64,000 nt of DNA, from positions 1 through 64,000 of the forward strand of contig OZ025667.1 of assembly GCA_964019335.1 (NCBI GenBank), given 5' to 3'. The position numbers were made by a program, and so were the translations under genes. Positions within the stretch are counted from its first letter, which is position 1. Every line of letters starts with the position of its first letter. The notes below the pieces were generated by a model. That model was not told the DNA's origin. It made no database searches and was given only the letters and a program-made list of their open reading frames with translations. The stretch comes from Diplonema japonicum. Its lineage: Eukaryota; Protista; Euglenozoa: Diplonemea. Positions 1 through 11,364 of the stretch are shown here, piece after piece.

Positions 1-551
1 AAGCAGTGGAACCACTGCACGAGGATTTACCAAAGGCAGCTTTGGGGCTCGCACCATGGTTTGGTGCAGCAGAGGGCGGCGAGGTAGGTTTCATCGCCAC
101 AGCAGTAGGAGGGACACCCCTATCACGATGGGTCCCTGACGGTGACTTATACACCGCAGCAGTAGAAAAAGCCAAGGCGGCCAACTGCCATATCGACGCC
201 GTCCTGTGGCACCAAGGAGAATCGGACTGTGAAGACAGCACCCTCGCCTCTACCTATTTGCCCCGCTTCACATCGATGGTCCACAAGCTCCGGGAGGACC
301 TTTCGAACCCCACCCTCCCCTTCATCGTGGGGGAGCTTGGACCTTTCCTCTCCGAGTTCCCCTCGATGGTGTACACAAACGTCGTGGAGACCGCTCTCGC
401 GAAGTCAATATCCATGATACAGCCAGCAGCCATTGTCTCATCTGAAGGGCTGACTCACAAGGGCGACGGGCTACATTTCGACTCTAGGTCTTTGGAGGAA
501 TTTGGGAAAAGATACCACCAAGCATACAAAGGCTTGCTTAAGGACGGGTAG
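1..551 (+). CDS. Sialate O-acetylesterase/SASA (SGNH carbohydrate esterase) family protein, 5'-partial
   Basis: Frame is open from the window edge (..AVEPLHED). Motifs GGTPLSRW, VLWHQGESD, FIVGEL and DGLHF. Stop TAG 549-551. Confidence 0.85.
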   Translation, partial: AVEPLHEDLPKAALGLAPWFGAAEGGEVGFIATAVGGTPLSRWVPDGDLYTAAVEKAKAANCHIDAVLWHQGESDCEDSTLASTYLPRFTSMVHKLREDLSNPTLPFIVGELGPFLSEFPSMVYTNVVETALAKSISMIQPAAIVSSEGLTHKGDGLHFDSRSLEEFGKRYHQAYKGLLKDG

Positions 552-663
552 AAAGTTTTTTTTTTCTCTCTTTTTTTTCCGGGAAATTTTCAAAAAAAAA
601 AAAAAAAAAAAGTCAGGGGAGCAGGGAGAACGAGGGAAGGGGGGTGGGGGGGGGGGGGGAAAG

Positions 664-1776
664 ATGCACGGTCACCACCACCAGAAACACCGTCACATCA
701 GCACGCCTGCCGTGGCAAGCATGCGGAATGACCACTTCATCAACGACATGTACAAGAATCCTCCGAACCTCGATGCGCGGCACCACAAGAAGACCGTTAT
801 AGATGTCAAACAAAAATACCAGGCCGAGCTGGAAAAACTGCAAGCAAAGGGCGACACGAAGCGGCGCCTGCTTTTAGATCATCAGAAGGAGCACCGATCG
901 CACCTTGCTCAGAAGCAACACGAAAAACACGACAGGCTGGCGCAAGATCAGCTACTCCACAATCAGCAACAAAAGGCCAGGCTCGACAGAAAGCAGGTCC
1001 ATGCACAGACGAAGTTCATGCAGGCTCACGAGACAAAACAACAGAAACAGGTTCAGGATTTGAAGGTGTCCCAAGCCGCTGAACGACAGCACCTTCAGGA
1101 AAAGCAAGCGAAGCAAGTTTCCGAGCTGAAAGGGCGGCAAGAACGCGACCAACTCCAGTTCAAACATCAACAAGAAGCGCAGTTCAGGAAGCAGCAAAGG
1201 CAGCAGCTGGAGCTGCATCAACGGCAGGTGCAGAAGAACGACAAACAGATGCACGAACTAACGTCACATCAGAAGCAAAAGCGGGAAGAGATGCTAGGCC
1301 ACCAACTAAGCGACAGGCACCACCAAGATGAAAAGCTGGCTTCTGGGATATCGCATTTACAGAGAAAGCATGAGCGCAAGCACCCAGAGCTCTTCGCGGA
1401 TCAAAGTGCGGTGTCTGCAGTGGGAGGTGAGCGAGCGAACGGGGCGGGTGGGCAAGCGACGTTGTTCGGCAGGCTGACAGGGTGGTGGAACCAAGGCGGC
1501 CAGCCGCTGTCTCGTCCTGTCCAAGGCCAAGCTCAGGCCATTGTCGTGCAAAGCCTCACCCAAGAGCAGGCTGCTGCACAAGCATCGCAGAGTACAGGAA
1601 TCCCGCAAAGCCAAGCGCAGCAATCGTTCAACTCACTCGCGCCCCCACCTCAACCTGCAGGACCGCAACTACCACTCCAACCGCACGCAGAGGGCGGAAA
1701 ACCCTTGTCGGGCTTGAACACCGCTGCTCGCATCCTTGCACCAGGACAGAGGACGGGGACTATGAATGCACTTTAA
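664..1776 (+). CDS. Hypothetical Gln/His/Lys-rich coiled-coil protein
   Basis: ATG at 664 after a G-run, 370 codons with coding-like composition. The upstream extension in the ORF track is homopolymer translation. Confidence 0.75.
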   Translation: MHGHHHQKHRHISTPAVASMRNDHFINDMYKNPPNLDARHHKKTVIDVKQKYQAELEKLQAKGDTKRRLLLDHQKEHRSHLAQKQHEKHDRLAQDQLLHNQQQKARLDRKQVHAQTKFMQAHETKQQKQVQDLKVSQAAERQHLQEKQAKQVSELKGRQERDQLQFKHQQEAQFRKQQRQQLELHQRQVQKNDKQMHELTSHQKQKREEMLGHQLSDRHHQDEKLASGISHLQRKHERKHPELFADQSAVSAVGGERANGAGGQATLFGRLTGWWNQGGQPLSRPVQGQAQAIVVQSLTQEQAAAQASQSTGIPQSQAQQSFNSLAPPPQPAGPQLPLQPHAEGGKPLSGLNTAARILAPGQRTGTMNAL

Positions 1777-2311
1777 TTACAAAAGAGCTTCAAAAAAAAA
1801 AAAAAGAAAAAAGAAGGGGAAAAAAAAAAAAAAAAAAAAAAAAAAAACGCTATTATCGGGTACCGACCGAGGCAACGTAACATTACACGAAGAAGGCGTA
1901 GCTACACGGGGTGGGGCAGGGTGGGGAGGGATCCTGGCACAGTGAGCTTAAAAGATCCGCTGTATTTAAATTGCATGTGTCATGCAACGCACGTTATGTG
2001 CGAAGAATTTGGATTTGTTGGAAACGCGGAAACAAACAAAAAAAAAATGTTTGTCTTGTCTCCTACTACGTATAACTGCAATTCGATTCATTTTCACGCT
2101 GTGCTAAAGGGCGGGGGAAGGTTTTTTTTGTGGTTTTTTTTTTTTTTTTTGTTTCCCCCCCCCCCCCCCCCGTTCCTGCCCCCTTTTATTTTTCTACCTT
2201 TAAAAAAAAAAGTACCAACTAAATAAAAACAAAAAAAAAAGAACCTTACAGGAAAAAAAAGAAGGCAAAGAAAAAAGAAAAAGAAAGGGGAAAATAAAAA
2301 AGAAGAAAACG

Positions 2312-5300
2312 ATGTCAGACCCCCCTGCCCCTGTGATCAGCGAGTCAAGCGGAAAGGGTGGAAAAAAAGGTAAGGGCGGCAAAAGTGGTAAGGGCGGTAA
2401 AGGAGGAAAGAAGGGCGGAAAGAGCAAAGGGGAGTGCTTCAAGTGTGGAGGCACCGGACATATGGCAAAGGACTGCAGCGAAGCAGAGAGAAAGCCCAGG
2501 GAGGATCGGGGAGGGAAAGGGAGGAAAAATAACAAGGAGTGTTTCAAGTGCGGGAAGGAAGGGCACATATCAAGAGACTGCAGGGAGGATGCTTCGGGGT
2601 CAGAGGACGAGGCTGCACCTGCACCACGGAATTTGAGGAAACAGCAGCAAACGCGTGCTCCTGCACGTGAGCGACACGTAGAAGTCGACACCTCCCAGCA
2701 CACTGAGCTAGCCGCAGAGTCTATCAACGGGCTTGTGAGCGGGAACTACGAGTGCCTCATCTGCTTCAGCGGCATCCGGTCGCGCGAGCCCACATGGAGC
2801 TGCAAGAAGTGCTTCAAGATCTTCCACCTAACCTGTACGAAGAAGTGGGGCCGATCGGGTGCAGGCGGTTTCCGCTGTCCCCAGTGCAGCGAAGTCTACC
2901 CTTCCGTTCCCAACAAGTACCTCTGCTTCTGCGGCAAAGTCCGAGAACCCGTCGACGACGGCTACAGCACCCCCCACTCGTGCGGTGACCCGTGCAACAA
3001 AACCCGTGGTGTCAACTGCCCCCACAAGTGTTCTGAACTCTGCCACCCTGGCCCATGCCCACCCTGTGGCGAAAAAGGTCCCTTAAAAACTTGCCACTGC
3101 GGCAACACCGAATACACCCTGCAATGCGGCGAAGACGATCCTGGCAAAAGCTGCGGTGAAACCTGCAACAAATTACTCAACTGCGGAAAGCATCGTTGTA
3201 CTGAGGTGTGTCACAGCGGGGCATGCTCGCCGTGTGGGGTGTCTAATGTACAAGCCTGCTACTGCGGTGGGAAGAAAGAGAATAAACCATGTGAGGGGCA
3301 GGAAGAGGTGCTGATCGACGGCATCCCCCGAACCTTCTCTTGTTTTGAGAAGTGCACCAAGCTGCGAGACTGCGGAAAGCACAACTGCGGAAAGGAATGT
3401 CACTACGGTGAGTGCCTGCCTTGCGAGCTGAGCCCCGAGGACGTCACGACATGCCCCTGTGGGAAGAAGTCGCTGTTCCTGCTAACGAAGAACAAGCGCA
3501 CAGAGTGCACGGACACGGTGGCGACGTGCACTTCGCAGTGTGGGAAGAGGGAAACATGTGAGGCGCACGCGTGCCAGTCGAAATGCCACGAGGGGCCGTG
3601 TCCGCCGTGCAAGGCGCAAGTGTCGGTGCAGTGCAGGTGCAAGGCAACAAGTGTCAGGATGCAGTGCAGCGTGGTGACCGGCCTTGTGAATGGGAACAAG
3701 AAAGAGAGCCAGAAATGGCCGCCGCACTGCTCCAGACGATGCGGTGCGATGAAGTCGTGTGGACGGCACAAGTGCAGCGAGGTGTGCTGCGGGACAGCAA
3801 AGGGCCATCCAGGGGCGAACCATTACTGCATGGAGGTGTGCAGGCGGAAGCTTGATTGCGGCAGGCACAACTGCGAGGAGCGGTGCCACCCCGGAGCATG
3901 CGCCCCGTGCAGACACATCGTGGTCGACGAGATGAAGTGCCGCTGCGGTGCTGAGGTGCTGGAACCCCCGCAGCCCTGTGGCACAGAGCCACCAAGGTGC
4001 GCCAAGAAGTGCAGCCTGGGGCGGGAATGCGGACACGACACAGTGCCGCACGAGTGTCATTATGGAGACTGCCCGCTGTGCACAGAGCGGACGGAAAAGG
4101 AGTGCGCAGGGGGGCACGTTAAGGTGGTGGTGCCATGCCATGTCCAGGCACCGACGTGCCCAGCAACATGTGAGAAAATGCTGGTGTGCGGACTGCATAA
4201 ATGCAAGAAAAGATGCCACGCAGGAGCATGTCCAGTACAGAAGAAAAAGAAGAACGACGACAGCGAGGAGGTAGTGTCGTGCGGGGGGCAGTGTGGGGAG
4301 AAGCTACCGTGCGACCACCCGTGCACACTGGACTGCCACCCGACGGGGACACTGCACAGCAAGACGTGCAAAGCGAAAGTGCCGGTGAAATGCACATGCG
4401 GGAGAATCAACAGCACCATGCCGTGTAATAAGTATTATGCAGAGATGCGATCCATGGCAGGAAAGAAGGGTGGCATCGGGATGATGAAGCCGACCCTTCC
4501 CTGTGATGACGAGTGCGACAGGGTGTCGCGGCTGGACGGCATGCGGGAGGCCTTCGGCATCGATAAAGCACGCGACCCGCAGCTAGCCTTCAACGACAAC
4601 CTTACTCCCCTGACTTCTGTTGTCTACACACACAACTTGTGGCTGGCCCAGCAGCAACACCCCTCTTTCATTAGGTCCGTGGAAAGGACTTTCCATGACT
4701 ACATTGTATCAGTCAACCAGAAGCACATGATGCAGCCCATGAACGAGGAGAAGCGAAGGCTGGTCATTGAATTGGGCTACTACTACAACATCACTGTTGT
4801 CATGGTAGACAGGGAACCCAACAGAACCTGTGAGCTATCGAAAAATCCAAACACCTTGACACCTAAGCCCCTTCTTTCAGAGTGGGAAAAAGACCCTCTG
4901 GAGATGGCTCAGGTATGTGGGGGAAAAAAACAAAAATACCCCCCCCCCCCAGGAGCAAGCAACTTCAAACCCGGACGCCGTAATCATCTTCACCGACATG
5001 CCTGCGTCACAAGAACCAGATTTCGCGAAAATTTTAAAGGCTTACATAGGACGGTGGATTGGGTTTAGGAAGGTATACGTGCTCCCCCCTTTTTTTTTTG
5101 GGTTTTCAAAAAAAAAAAAATAAGGATTCCAAAGAATATTGCATCGCATTCACAAACTCTCTTGATTGCAAGGCCGCGGCTTCTTACCTGACGAAGGAGA
5201 AGTACAACCTTAAGAACAAGGAGTTTAAGCTTTTTTCTGAATATCTTATGGGGGACCAAGGTGGTGCAGAGGCTCCGGTATGTTATCTGGGGAAAGAAAA

Positions 5301-5535
5301 AAAAAAGAGAAACCCCCCACTCCCCCAGGGTACCAGAGTCGTGCAAGGAGGTTCCCGCAGGCGGCAGCAGCTCTCAGGTGCAGGCGGACCACCACCAACA
5401 TCAACATCGGCATCTGGGGCTTCTGTCTGGCAGTCCTTTATGAGCCAACAGAATCCTGGCGGCACCCAAGATCATATCCCCCCTCCAGTGAAATTCTCGG
5501 AGAACAAGTGGGCCTCGCTTGGCGGCAGGAAGTGA
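2312..5535 (+). CDS. NFX1: NF-X1-type zinc finger protein (2 CCHC knuckles, PHD/RING, NF-X1 repeats, R3H-like), 3 introns
   Basis: CLIC..WSCKKCFKIFHLTC..CPQC; repeated CGxHxCxxxCHxGxCxPC; PMNEEKRRLVIEL..DREPNR. Introns 4913-4952, 5073-5124 and 5278-5328 (GTAT..AG) give 1026 aa. Confidence 0.88.
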
Positions 5536-5997
5536 GAAATGCCAATAAATCGCGTTACGGGCCGAACTACCTTTACAACTACCTTTGAAAAGAAAAGTTT
5601 TTTTTTTTAATGCTTACCAACCTCTTCTGGTACATTCTATTTTGTACAGCACTCCTCACCTTCTTTTTTTTCTTTTATTCTGCTTTCCAACTCTCTAACC
5701 AAAAAAACCGAAAACAAAACGGGGGAAAAAAAAATAATAATAATAAAAAAAAAACATTATAGCTTCTTTTTTTTTTTTCAAACGAAGGTGGTGGCGGTGG
5801 GATGAGGACAAAAAAAAAAACAATTTCTTTTCTCATTTATTTCGGAAAGAAAGGGGGAGAGAAGAAAAAGAAAGGGGGGGGGGGGGGGGGGATAGTACAT
5901 TTCCTCTTTTTCATTTTTTTGTGGGATATATATTTTCTTTTGCCCCCGTTCCCCCCCCCATTATTTTTTAGAAGAAAAAAAAACCCCACACATAAAC

Positions 5998-6297
5998 ATG
6001 TTCCGTCTCACTAGGGCTGCGTGCGTAAAGTTCACTCCGTTGAACAAGCAGGTACTGCTCGAGAGGGCTGTGGCCGCTGCTCAGACGCAGGCTGGTGTTA
6101 TGATTCCCGCAGCAGCACAGGCGAAGACCAACGAGGCGAAGGTAGTCGCAGTTGCCCCTGAGACCAAGGACTGGAGCCCTTCTCTGAAGGTCGGCGACAC
6201 TGTGCTTCTGAGGGAGTGGGGTGGCCAGGTCGTGAAGGTTGATGGCGAGGAATTCACCCTTATGAAGGAAGAGGACATCATGGGTGTTTTGAACTGA
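5998..6297 (+). CDS. HSP10: 10 kDa chaperonin (mitochondrial Hsp10/Cpn10)
   Basis: PLNKQVLLER, TQAGVMIP, VVAVA, LKVGDTVLL.EWGG, EEDIMGVL. The short KDWSPS roof loop and MFRLT N-terminus resemble kinetoplastid Hsp10. Confidence 0.95.
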   Translation: MFRLTRAACVKFTPLNKQVLLERAVAAAQTQAGVMIPAAAQAKTNEAKVVAVAPETKDWSPSLKVGDTVLLREWGGQVVKVDGEEFTLMKEEDIMGVLN

Positions 6298-6497
6298 AAA
6301 TAAATTTTAAAAAACAAATGCCTTTTTTTAGCAACGCAATCTGTCGCTTCCCCCCCCCCCCCCCCCCCCCTTGTTTTTGGTTTCCAATGATAATTTTACC
6401 ACCTGCTGGTGTGCATCAACCCCCCGTATGGTTTTTCATTGTTGATTTTATATGTGTTGCTTGGAAACAAACAAAAGTGGGGGAGGGGGGGACGGAA

Positions 6498-7997
6498 ATG
6501 TCAAGCAACCTCCCTGTCCTCCCAGTCACGGCAGCGTTGGGAGCGTATCAGTACGACGGACGAGCCCTGACATCACGAAGAAACAACACCCCGGGCAAAG
6601 GAACAAGGTCCCCGAGAACCCCAAAGTCGAGGGAGAGGTACGGCTCCCTGGGCAAGGGGACAATCGGGCTGGGCCCAGGTTGCAACGAGCAACTACGAAA
6701 GTGCGACGTTGATGCCCAAAAGGCATGGATGGTGGCGAGGTTCGAAGAACTGGAAAGGTCCAAAGCCGAAAAAGTAGAACAAGCAGCAGCCAGCCCAAGG
6801 GAGCGGTACTCAAACTACAAAAGTGAGCTCGAAAGGGTCAGATCAGAAAAAGAAGAAACACTAGAGAAAATCTGCGTCAAAAACGCGCAAAGCAAAAAAA
6901 CTAAGTCGCAGTTCCACACAGAACACAAAAGAGAGCTGACACGGGAAATACAAGACAGGGTCAAGATAAAAGCAGCGACAGAGAAAGAAAAAAAACCCGT
7001 TGTCTGGCAGTGGCGGGACGACCGTGTGTGGGTTGACTTCAGCCACCACGACACGCTTCTCATCGAGCGGCTGCACCAAACCGCTAAGAACGAACGGTCA
7101 GGCGGCAAGGCCCCCACCCTTCCCAGAACGGACCTGACCGCAGGTGCCCCTTTGACCTTTGATTTTGACGCGTCGGAAGCTTCCACAGAGATAGACGGCA
7201 ACACGGTGACGTGGACTCTACGGAGGAAGCGGTGCATCCTGTCGATCCAATCAGGGTACCGTCGGGTGGACCGTGAAGAGGACATTGCGCAGTTCAAACA
7301 GCTTTGTCAGAATCTTAACAAGCAGTTGAAGGAAGAGCTCGAGGTGACCCTGCAAGGCAAGATGGAACGCACCGCCGCGGAACGGGCCAGACGGAACCTC
7401 ATCAGAACACAAGGCCCCATGGGGACGTCCGGAGCAGAGCGGCAGCAAGAACTCCGCGAGCGCATCCAGCACGAGAAAACAAAGATCATGAAGAAACAAA
7501 AGTGGTGGAAGGAGAAGGGAAAGGTGCAGCGGGAAACGAGGAAGGACGAGATCCGCGAGGAACGGAAGCTAAAAGCGCAACGGAGGCTTGAGATGCGGGA
7601 CAAATGGGACCGCGACTCAGAAGTACACGTGAAAGAGGTCAAACAGCAACTGCAAGCCGAAAAAGAACGAGCTAAAGACCTTTACAATCGAGAACTTGAA
7701 GAGAAGAGAATTTTCGTTGATTCCACGCGAGCTGCGAATAGAGTAGCAGACCCTTCCGATTACTCGTGTGGCTCCATCACTCTATCGAAGGCGCAAGTCA
7801 AGGTGCGGGACGACCGCCTGGACACCGTGCGGCAGGTGGCCGCAACGAAGGAGAAGGGCCGACTCGAACGCGAGCAAGAGCGGCAGAAGGAAAACGAGTG
7901 GAAGCTCTTTGTCGCGTCCACTGTCCGCAGACCCTTCACAACCCCAACTGCAAGCCTGATGTCCCCCTCAGCCACAAACATCGTCACGGATGCATAG
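6498..7997 (+). CDS. Coiled-coil protein with a central WWE-like domain
   Basis: ATG 6498. VVWQWRDDRVWVDF..LIERLH..FDF..TLRR matches the WWE pattern; flanks are charged coiled coil. Confidence 0.7.
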   Translation: MSSNLPVLPVTAALGAYQYDGRALTSRRNNTPGKGTRSPRTPKSRERYGSLGKGTIGLGPGCNEQLRKCDVDAQKAWMVARFEELERSKAEKVEQAAASPRERYSNYKSELERVRSEKEETLEKICVKNAQSKKTKSQFHTEHKRELTREIQDRVKIKAATEKEKKPVVWQWRDDRVWVDFSHHDTLLIERLHQTAKNERSGGKAPTLPRTDLTAGAPLTFDFDASEASTEIDGNTVTWTLRRKRCILSIQSGYRRVDREEDIAQFKQLCQNLNKQLKEELEVTLQGKMERTAAERARRNLIRTQGPMGTSGAERQQELRERIQHEKTKIMKKQKWWKEKGKVQRETRKDEIREERKLKAQRRLEMRDKWDRDSEVHVKEVKQQLQAEKERAKDLYNRELEEKRIFVDSTRAANRVADPSDYSCGSITLSKAQVKVRDDRLDTVRQVAATKEKGRLEREQERQKENEWKLFVASTVRRPFTTPTASLMSPSATNIVTDA

Positions 7998-8373
7998 CCC
8001 CCTCCCCCGTCCCCCCATTTTTCAATTTGTACAATAAAAAAAGAAGAAAAGGGGTGTTTCCACACCTTTTACCCTTTCCCTGCAGTTTTCTTTTTGTTTT
8101 TTTTTTTTTTTTTTAACTGTACCTTGCGACGGCTGAGGTTTTTTTTTTCGAGTTCATGTACGAAAGAAGAAGGTTGGGGGTAGCTACGTAAGAGCACCGC
8201 TGTTGGCGTCGGCAAGAAAAGGCGGGTGGGCACGTGGAGGATCTGGCAACTGAACACCTTGGTAAACGGACCCCCAGAAGGTAGGGTGGACAGTTGCTGT
8301 CATAATGAATTTCTTCCCCCTCCCCCAGTAAAAAAAAGAGAAAGGGAGGGTCCCCCCCCCGTTCCCCCATCCA

Positions 8374-9079
8374 ATGTGGCAAAGTCCAGTGATATACAAA
8401 AGGGAAGCTTGGACATCCCGCGGAGTGAAATGCTTCCTGGGAGACCAGCTGTGGAGAAAAGACGAGAAAAAAGTGAAGGCAGAACTGTTAGAACTGCTGA
8501 TGGACATTGCCTATAGGGAGTACCAAAGGATCGATGCTGAAGGGCTGAAGGTAAAGGTGGGGCTGCTGTGTGAAACTCTGTTGCCGGGTTACGAGCTAGG
8601 AGAGGCGCTGAAGGCTCTTGGAGTGGCGCACGTTGTCCCGATAGAGACGTTTGTGTACGGGAAGCAGTACATCACACCGCTCACCACACCAGGGGCTTCC
8701 CAGCTTGCCCTCTCAAACGAGCTTTTACAAGTTGCCCATAGCATGCTTGACGCACTGGAGAACGGACGAGTGAGGTATCTTCCCTACCAGATGGTTGTGC
8801 TGTACCATTGTTTGGGTGAAATTGGCCCACCTCTTACCGAAAACCTCTCTGTGTTCGAGGCGAATTTCCCCATTATCAAGAGCACTGCTGAGTCAGGGGC
8901 CTTGCCGCCCGAGGCTGAGTCGGTGTGTGGAAGGAAGGGAAAAAAAAAAAAAAAAAAAAAAAAAGTGGCTCCGTGAATATCTTAAAGGCCTTGTTCGCGA
9001 TGCAACTGACATTCGAACCCACCACCCTGTCTTGGCGGATACATTTAACTTTCTGGGCACACCTGTTACGTGCACGTAG
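8374..9079 (+). CDS. Hypothetical protein, 1 intron
   Basis: Intron 8923-8965 (GTGTGT..A-run..AAG) joins PPEAES|WLREYL, giving 220 aa. Start codon uncertain. Confidence 0.65.
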
Positions 9080-9113
<34 letters not shown>

Positions 9114-9120
<7 letters not shown>

Positions 9121-9701
9121 GCCGCTACCGTGGATTCGAAATGTGGTAGGTAAGAAATGCCCCGTTCCGATAGCTGGCGAGCTCGAAGGAGTGAGCGGGG
9201 TCCTGTCCCAGTACCTGAACCCGCTGCTATAATGGTTGTCACAACTGCGCTGGGTGGAGAAGGACACCACCTCGGAGGTGTCGGCGGTGGAACTGGCCAT
9301 TGACTTCGAATGGACGACCGGAAAGTCTTTGGGAGGCCTGCTGGAAGATAGGGCGCGCAGAATCAAAGCTCTCATCGTAAAGATAAACACAGCATGCAGG
9401 GCACGGAAGAAGCGACGCCCCTTCCCAGCGGACGAGAGAAAAAGAGTGAAGTCCCTCATCGCCATTGGAGGAAAGGCAGCTATTGGTTTCTCCAGGAGGC
9501 CAATTTTCGCCACCCGCTCCACGCACGACAAGCTAATGGAATTGAAAGCCGACTACAAGCGGGACCGCATCACACGACTCCGCAAGACGCTCACGGCCTC
9601 AATCGGAATGAAAGCAATGCTCCAGAAGGGGAGTATTAACAGATAGACCCCCCCCTCCCATAGGGCGGCCCTCTAGCGGGGGGCTTGTCCTGTACTTTGA
9701 G
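9114..9701 (+). mobile_element. 5'-truncated degenerate retroposon (LINE-like ORF C-terminus plus 3' hairpin), flanked by poly(T)
   Basis: Coding-like frame with in-frame TAA stops (..LL*WLSQLRW..VSAVELAIDFEWTTG..SLIAIGG..GFSRRPIF) lying between T-tracts. Its last 41 nt recur identically at 19657-19697. Confidence 0.55.
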
Positions 9702-10002
9702 TTTTTTTTTTTTCCTTTTTTTTTCCTTTTTTTTTTTCTTCACCTTCTTCCTTTGTTTACACTTCTTTTTTCTTCTTCTTCTTTCTTAATGTAACGGATG
9801 GGGCCGGGAAAGGGTCAAGGGGGGGGTAAAAAAAAATAGAAAATAGGAAAAAAAAAGGGGGGGAGAGAAACGTTTAAATTCCTTTACTTTTTTTTTGTTT
9901 TCTCTTTTTTTGAAAAAGAAAAAAAAAAAAAAAAAAAAAAAACCATATCTTGAAAAAGTTTCAAATCCACCAGGAGGGGGGGACGCAACGACAAAGATAA
10001 CC

Positions 10003-11364
10003 ATGAACGTCGGCCAAGACAGAAAGCGAAAGGCAGAGGAGGCAGAAGAAGAGGAAGAGGTCAACGAAACCAAGTTCATCAAAAGAAACCCGTACGAAGG
10101 CGTTGGGAAAAGCGACTCCGCTTTGGCGATGTGGGAGGGGCTGAAGAAGAAAAAAGAGGCGAAAACAGGCAGCAACAACGACGTAGATGTCCTCCTGAAA
10201 GGAATAGGCGTGGACCACACCACCCGGAAGGAGAAACCAAAACCGGGCCAGACCGAACAAAAACCCCAACAACAACACGACAGAAATCGAGAGCGCCCTC
10301 TACTGACAGTTCTGGACGAGAGCTTCCCTGTGTTCAACGAGAAGAAAAGAGAGACAGAGGAAGACGGTAAAAAAAGGGAACTACCGAAACAAATCGAAAC
10401 CATGTCGTGGCCGTCAAGGACGAAGGTACTCCACGACCTCGATTTGATCGCGAAATTTATCGTTTCGAAAAAGATTGCAGCGGGCGACGAGTTTTCAATC
10501 CTTTACGCCGGTGGGTTCCCTGGTCACCATGTTAATACTATTGCCAAGGTTTTCCCACAGGCAACCGTGACGGCCGTCCACCCCCGCCCCTTCGAAGCCT
10601 CGAACTTCCCGAAGAACTTCACGCAAAAACTGCGTAGATTCGACAAACACGAAGCGGCAAAGCACCGTGAACGCGTCAATCCATTGCTGTTCATATCGGA
10701 CATGTGGACTTCTGGTGCATTGGAACCAACCGCACCAGGTGAAGCAGCGAGAGTTTCCGACTTAGTCACACAAAAAGACTGGGTAAGAGACCTTCAACCC
10801 GACATGTCCAGTCTCAAGTTCTGGGTTCCACAGATAGGATATGAAAAGAAGTTCAAATATCTTAAAGGTGAGGTGAACCTTCCCTGTTGGGCACCCGACA
10901 CTATTAGGGAAACGCGTTTAATCCATAGCAAAGCCGACGGTCTCACAGAGGTAGAGTACGACTCTGTGCGGTTTGTTAGACAGATCAGCTTTTTTCAAAA
11001 GATCGCGCGGCCCAGAAGATACGTTACGTTCCACCCTTCGAACCCCAACTGTGTCCTGCCTGTCGCAGTGCCTGGTATGGACTGGCGGTTTGATTCATCG
11101 ACGGAGATTGCGATTATATTGAAAACGCTGCAGATGTGTGAGCTTTCTGTTTTCAACTCGTCGTCACCCCCTGCGCCTGATGCGGCTGCCAATGCGATTG
11201 TTTTGTTCTCTTCTAAGCTTTCTTCTTATCTCTCCGAGGGGTACACGTTGACAACCCATCCGCAAGCTTTGAAGGGTTCAAGCCGACGACAGCAGTCAAA
11301 GAGCCAAGCAGCAGCGCTACCTCCACAGAGCGATGTGGCTAAGTATTTGGCATCGTTGAAATGA
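10003..11364 (+). CDS. VP39-like cap-specific 2'-O-ribose methyltransferase (poxvirus poly(A) polymerase regulatory subunit / kinetoplastid MTr2-MTr3 family)
   Basis: ILYAGGFPGHHV, LLFISD, SSLKFWVP, YLKGEVNLPCWAP, RETRLI are colinear with VP39 VYIGSAPGTHI, LISD, SSLKWRCP, QPFAP, EMRL. Confidence 0.8.
   Translation: MNVGQDRKRKAEEAEEEEEVNETKFIKRNPYEGVGKSDSALAMWEGLKKKKEAKTGSNNDVDVLLKGIGVDHTTRKEKPKPGQTEQKPQQQHDRNRERPLLTVLDESFPVFNEKKRETEEDGKKRELPKQIETMSWPSRTKVLHDLDLIAKFIVSKKIAAGDEFSILYAGGFPGHHVNTIAKVFPQATVTAVHPRPFEASNFPKNFTQKLRRFDKHEAAKHRERVNPLLFISDMWTSGALEPTAPGEAARVSDLVTQKDWVRDLQPDMSSLKFWVPQIGYEKKFKYLKGEVNLPCWAPDTIRETRLIHSKADGLTEVEYDSVRFVRQISFFQKIARPRRYVTFHPSNPNCVLPVAVPGMDWRFDSSTEIAIILKTLQMCELSVFNSSSPPAPDAAANAIVLFSSKLSSYLSEGYTLTTHPQALKGSSRRQQSKSQAAALPPQSDVAKYLASLK

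Noticed and set aside
6426-6477. GTATGG..AAAAG intron-like segment upstream of the WWE gene
   Set aside because: Splicing does not join the upstream ATG in frame; no support without RNA data.
9150-9235. In-frame TAA codons as possible stop-codon reassignment
   Set aside because: TAA, TAG and TGA all terminate conserved genes here; these stops are confined to a decayed element.
9690-9701. Spliced-leader RNA gene
   Set aside because: Only a 9-nt resemblance; no full exon, GT donor or Sm site.
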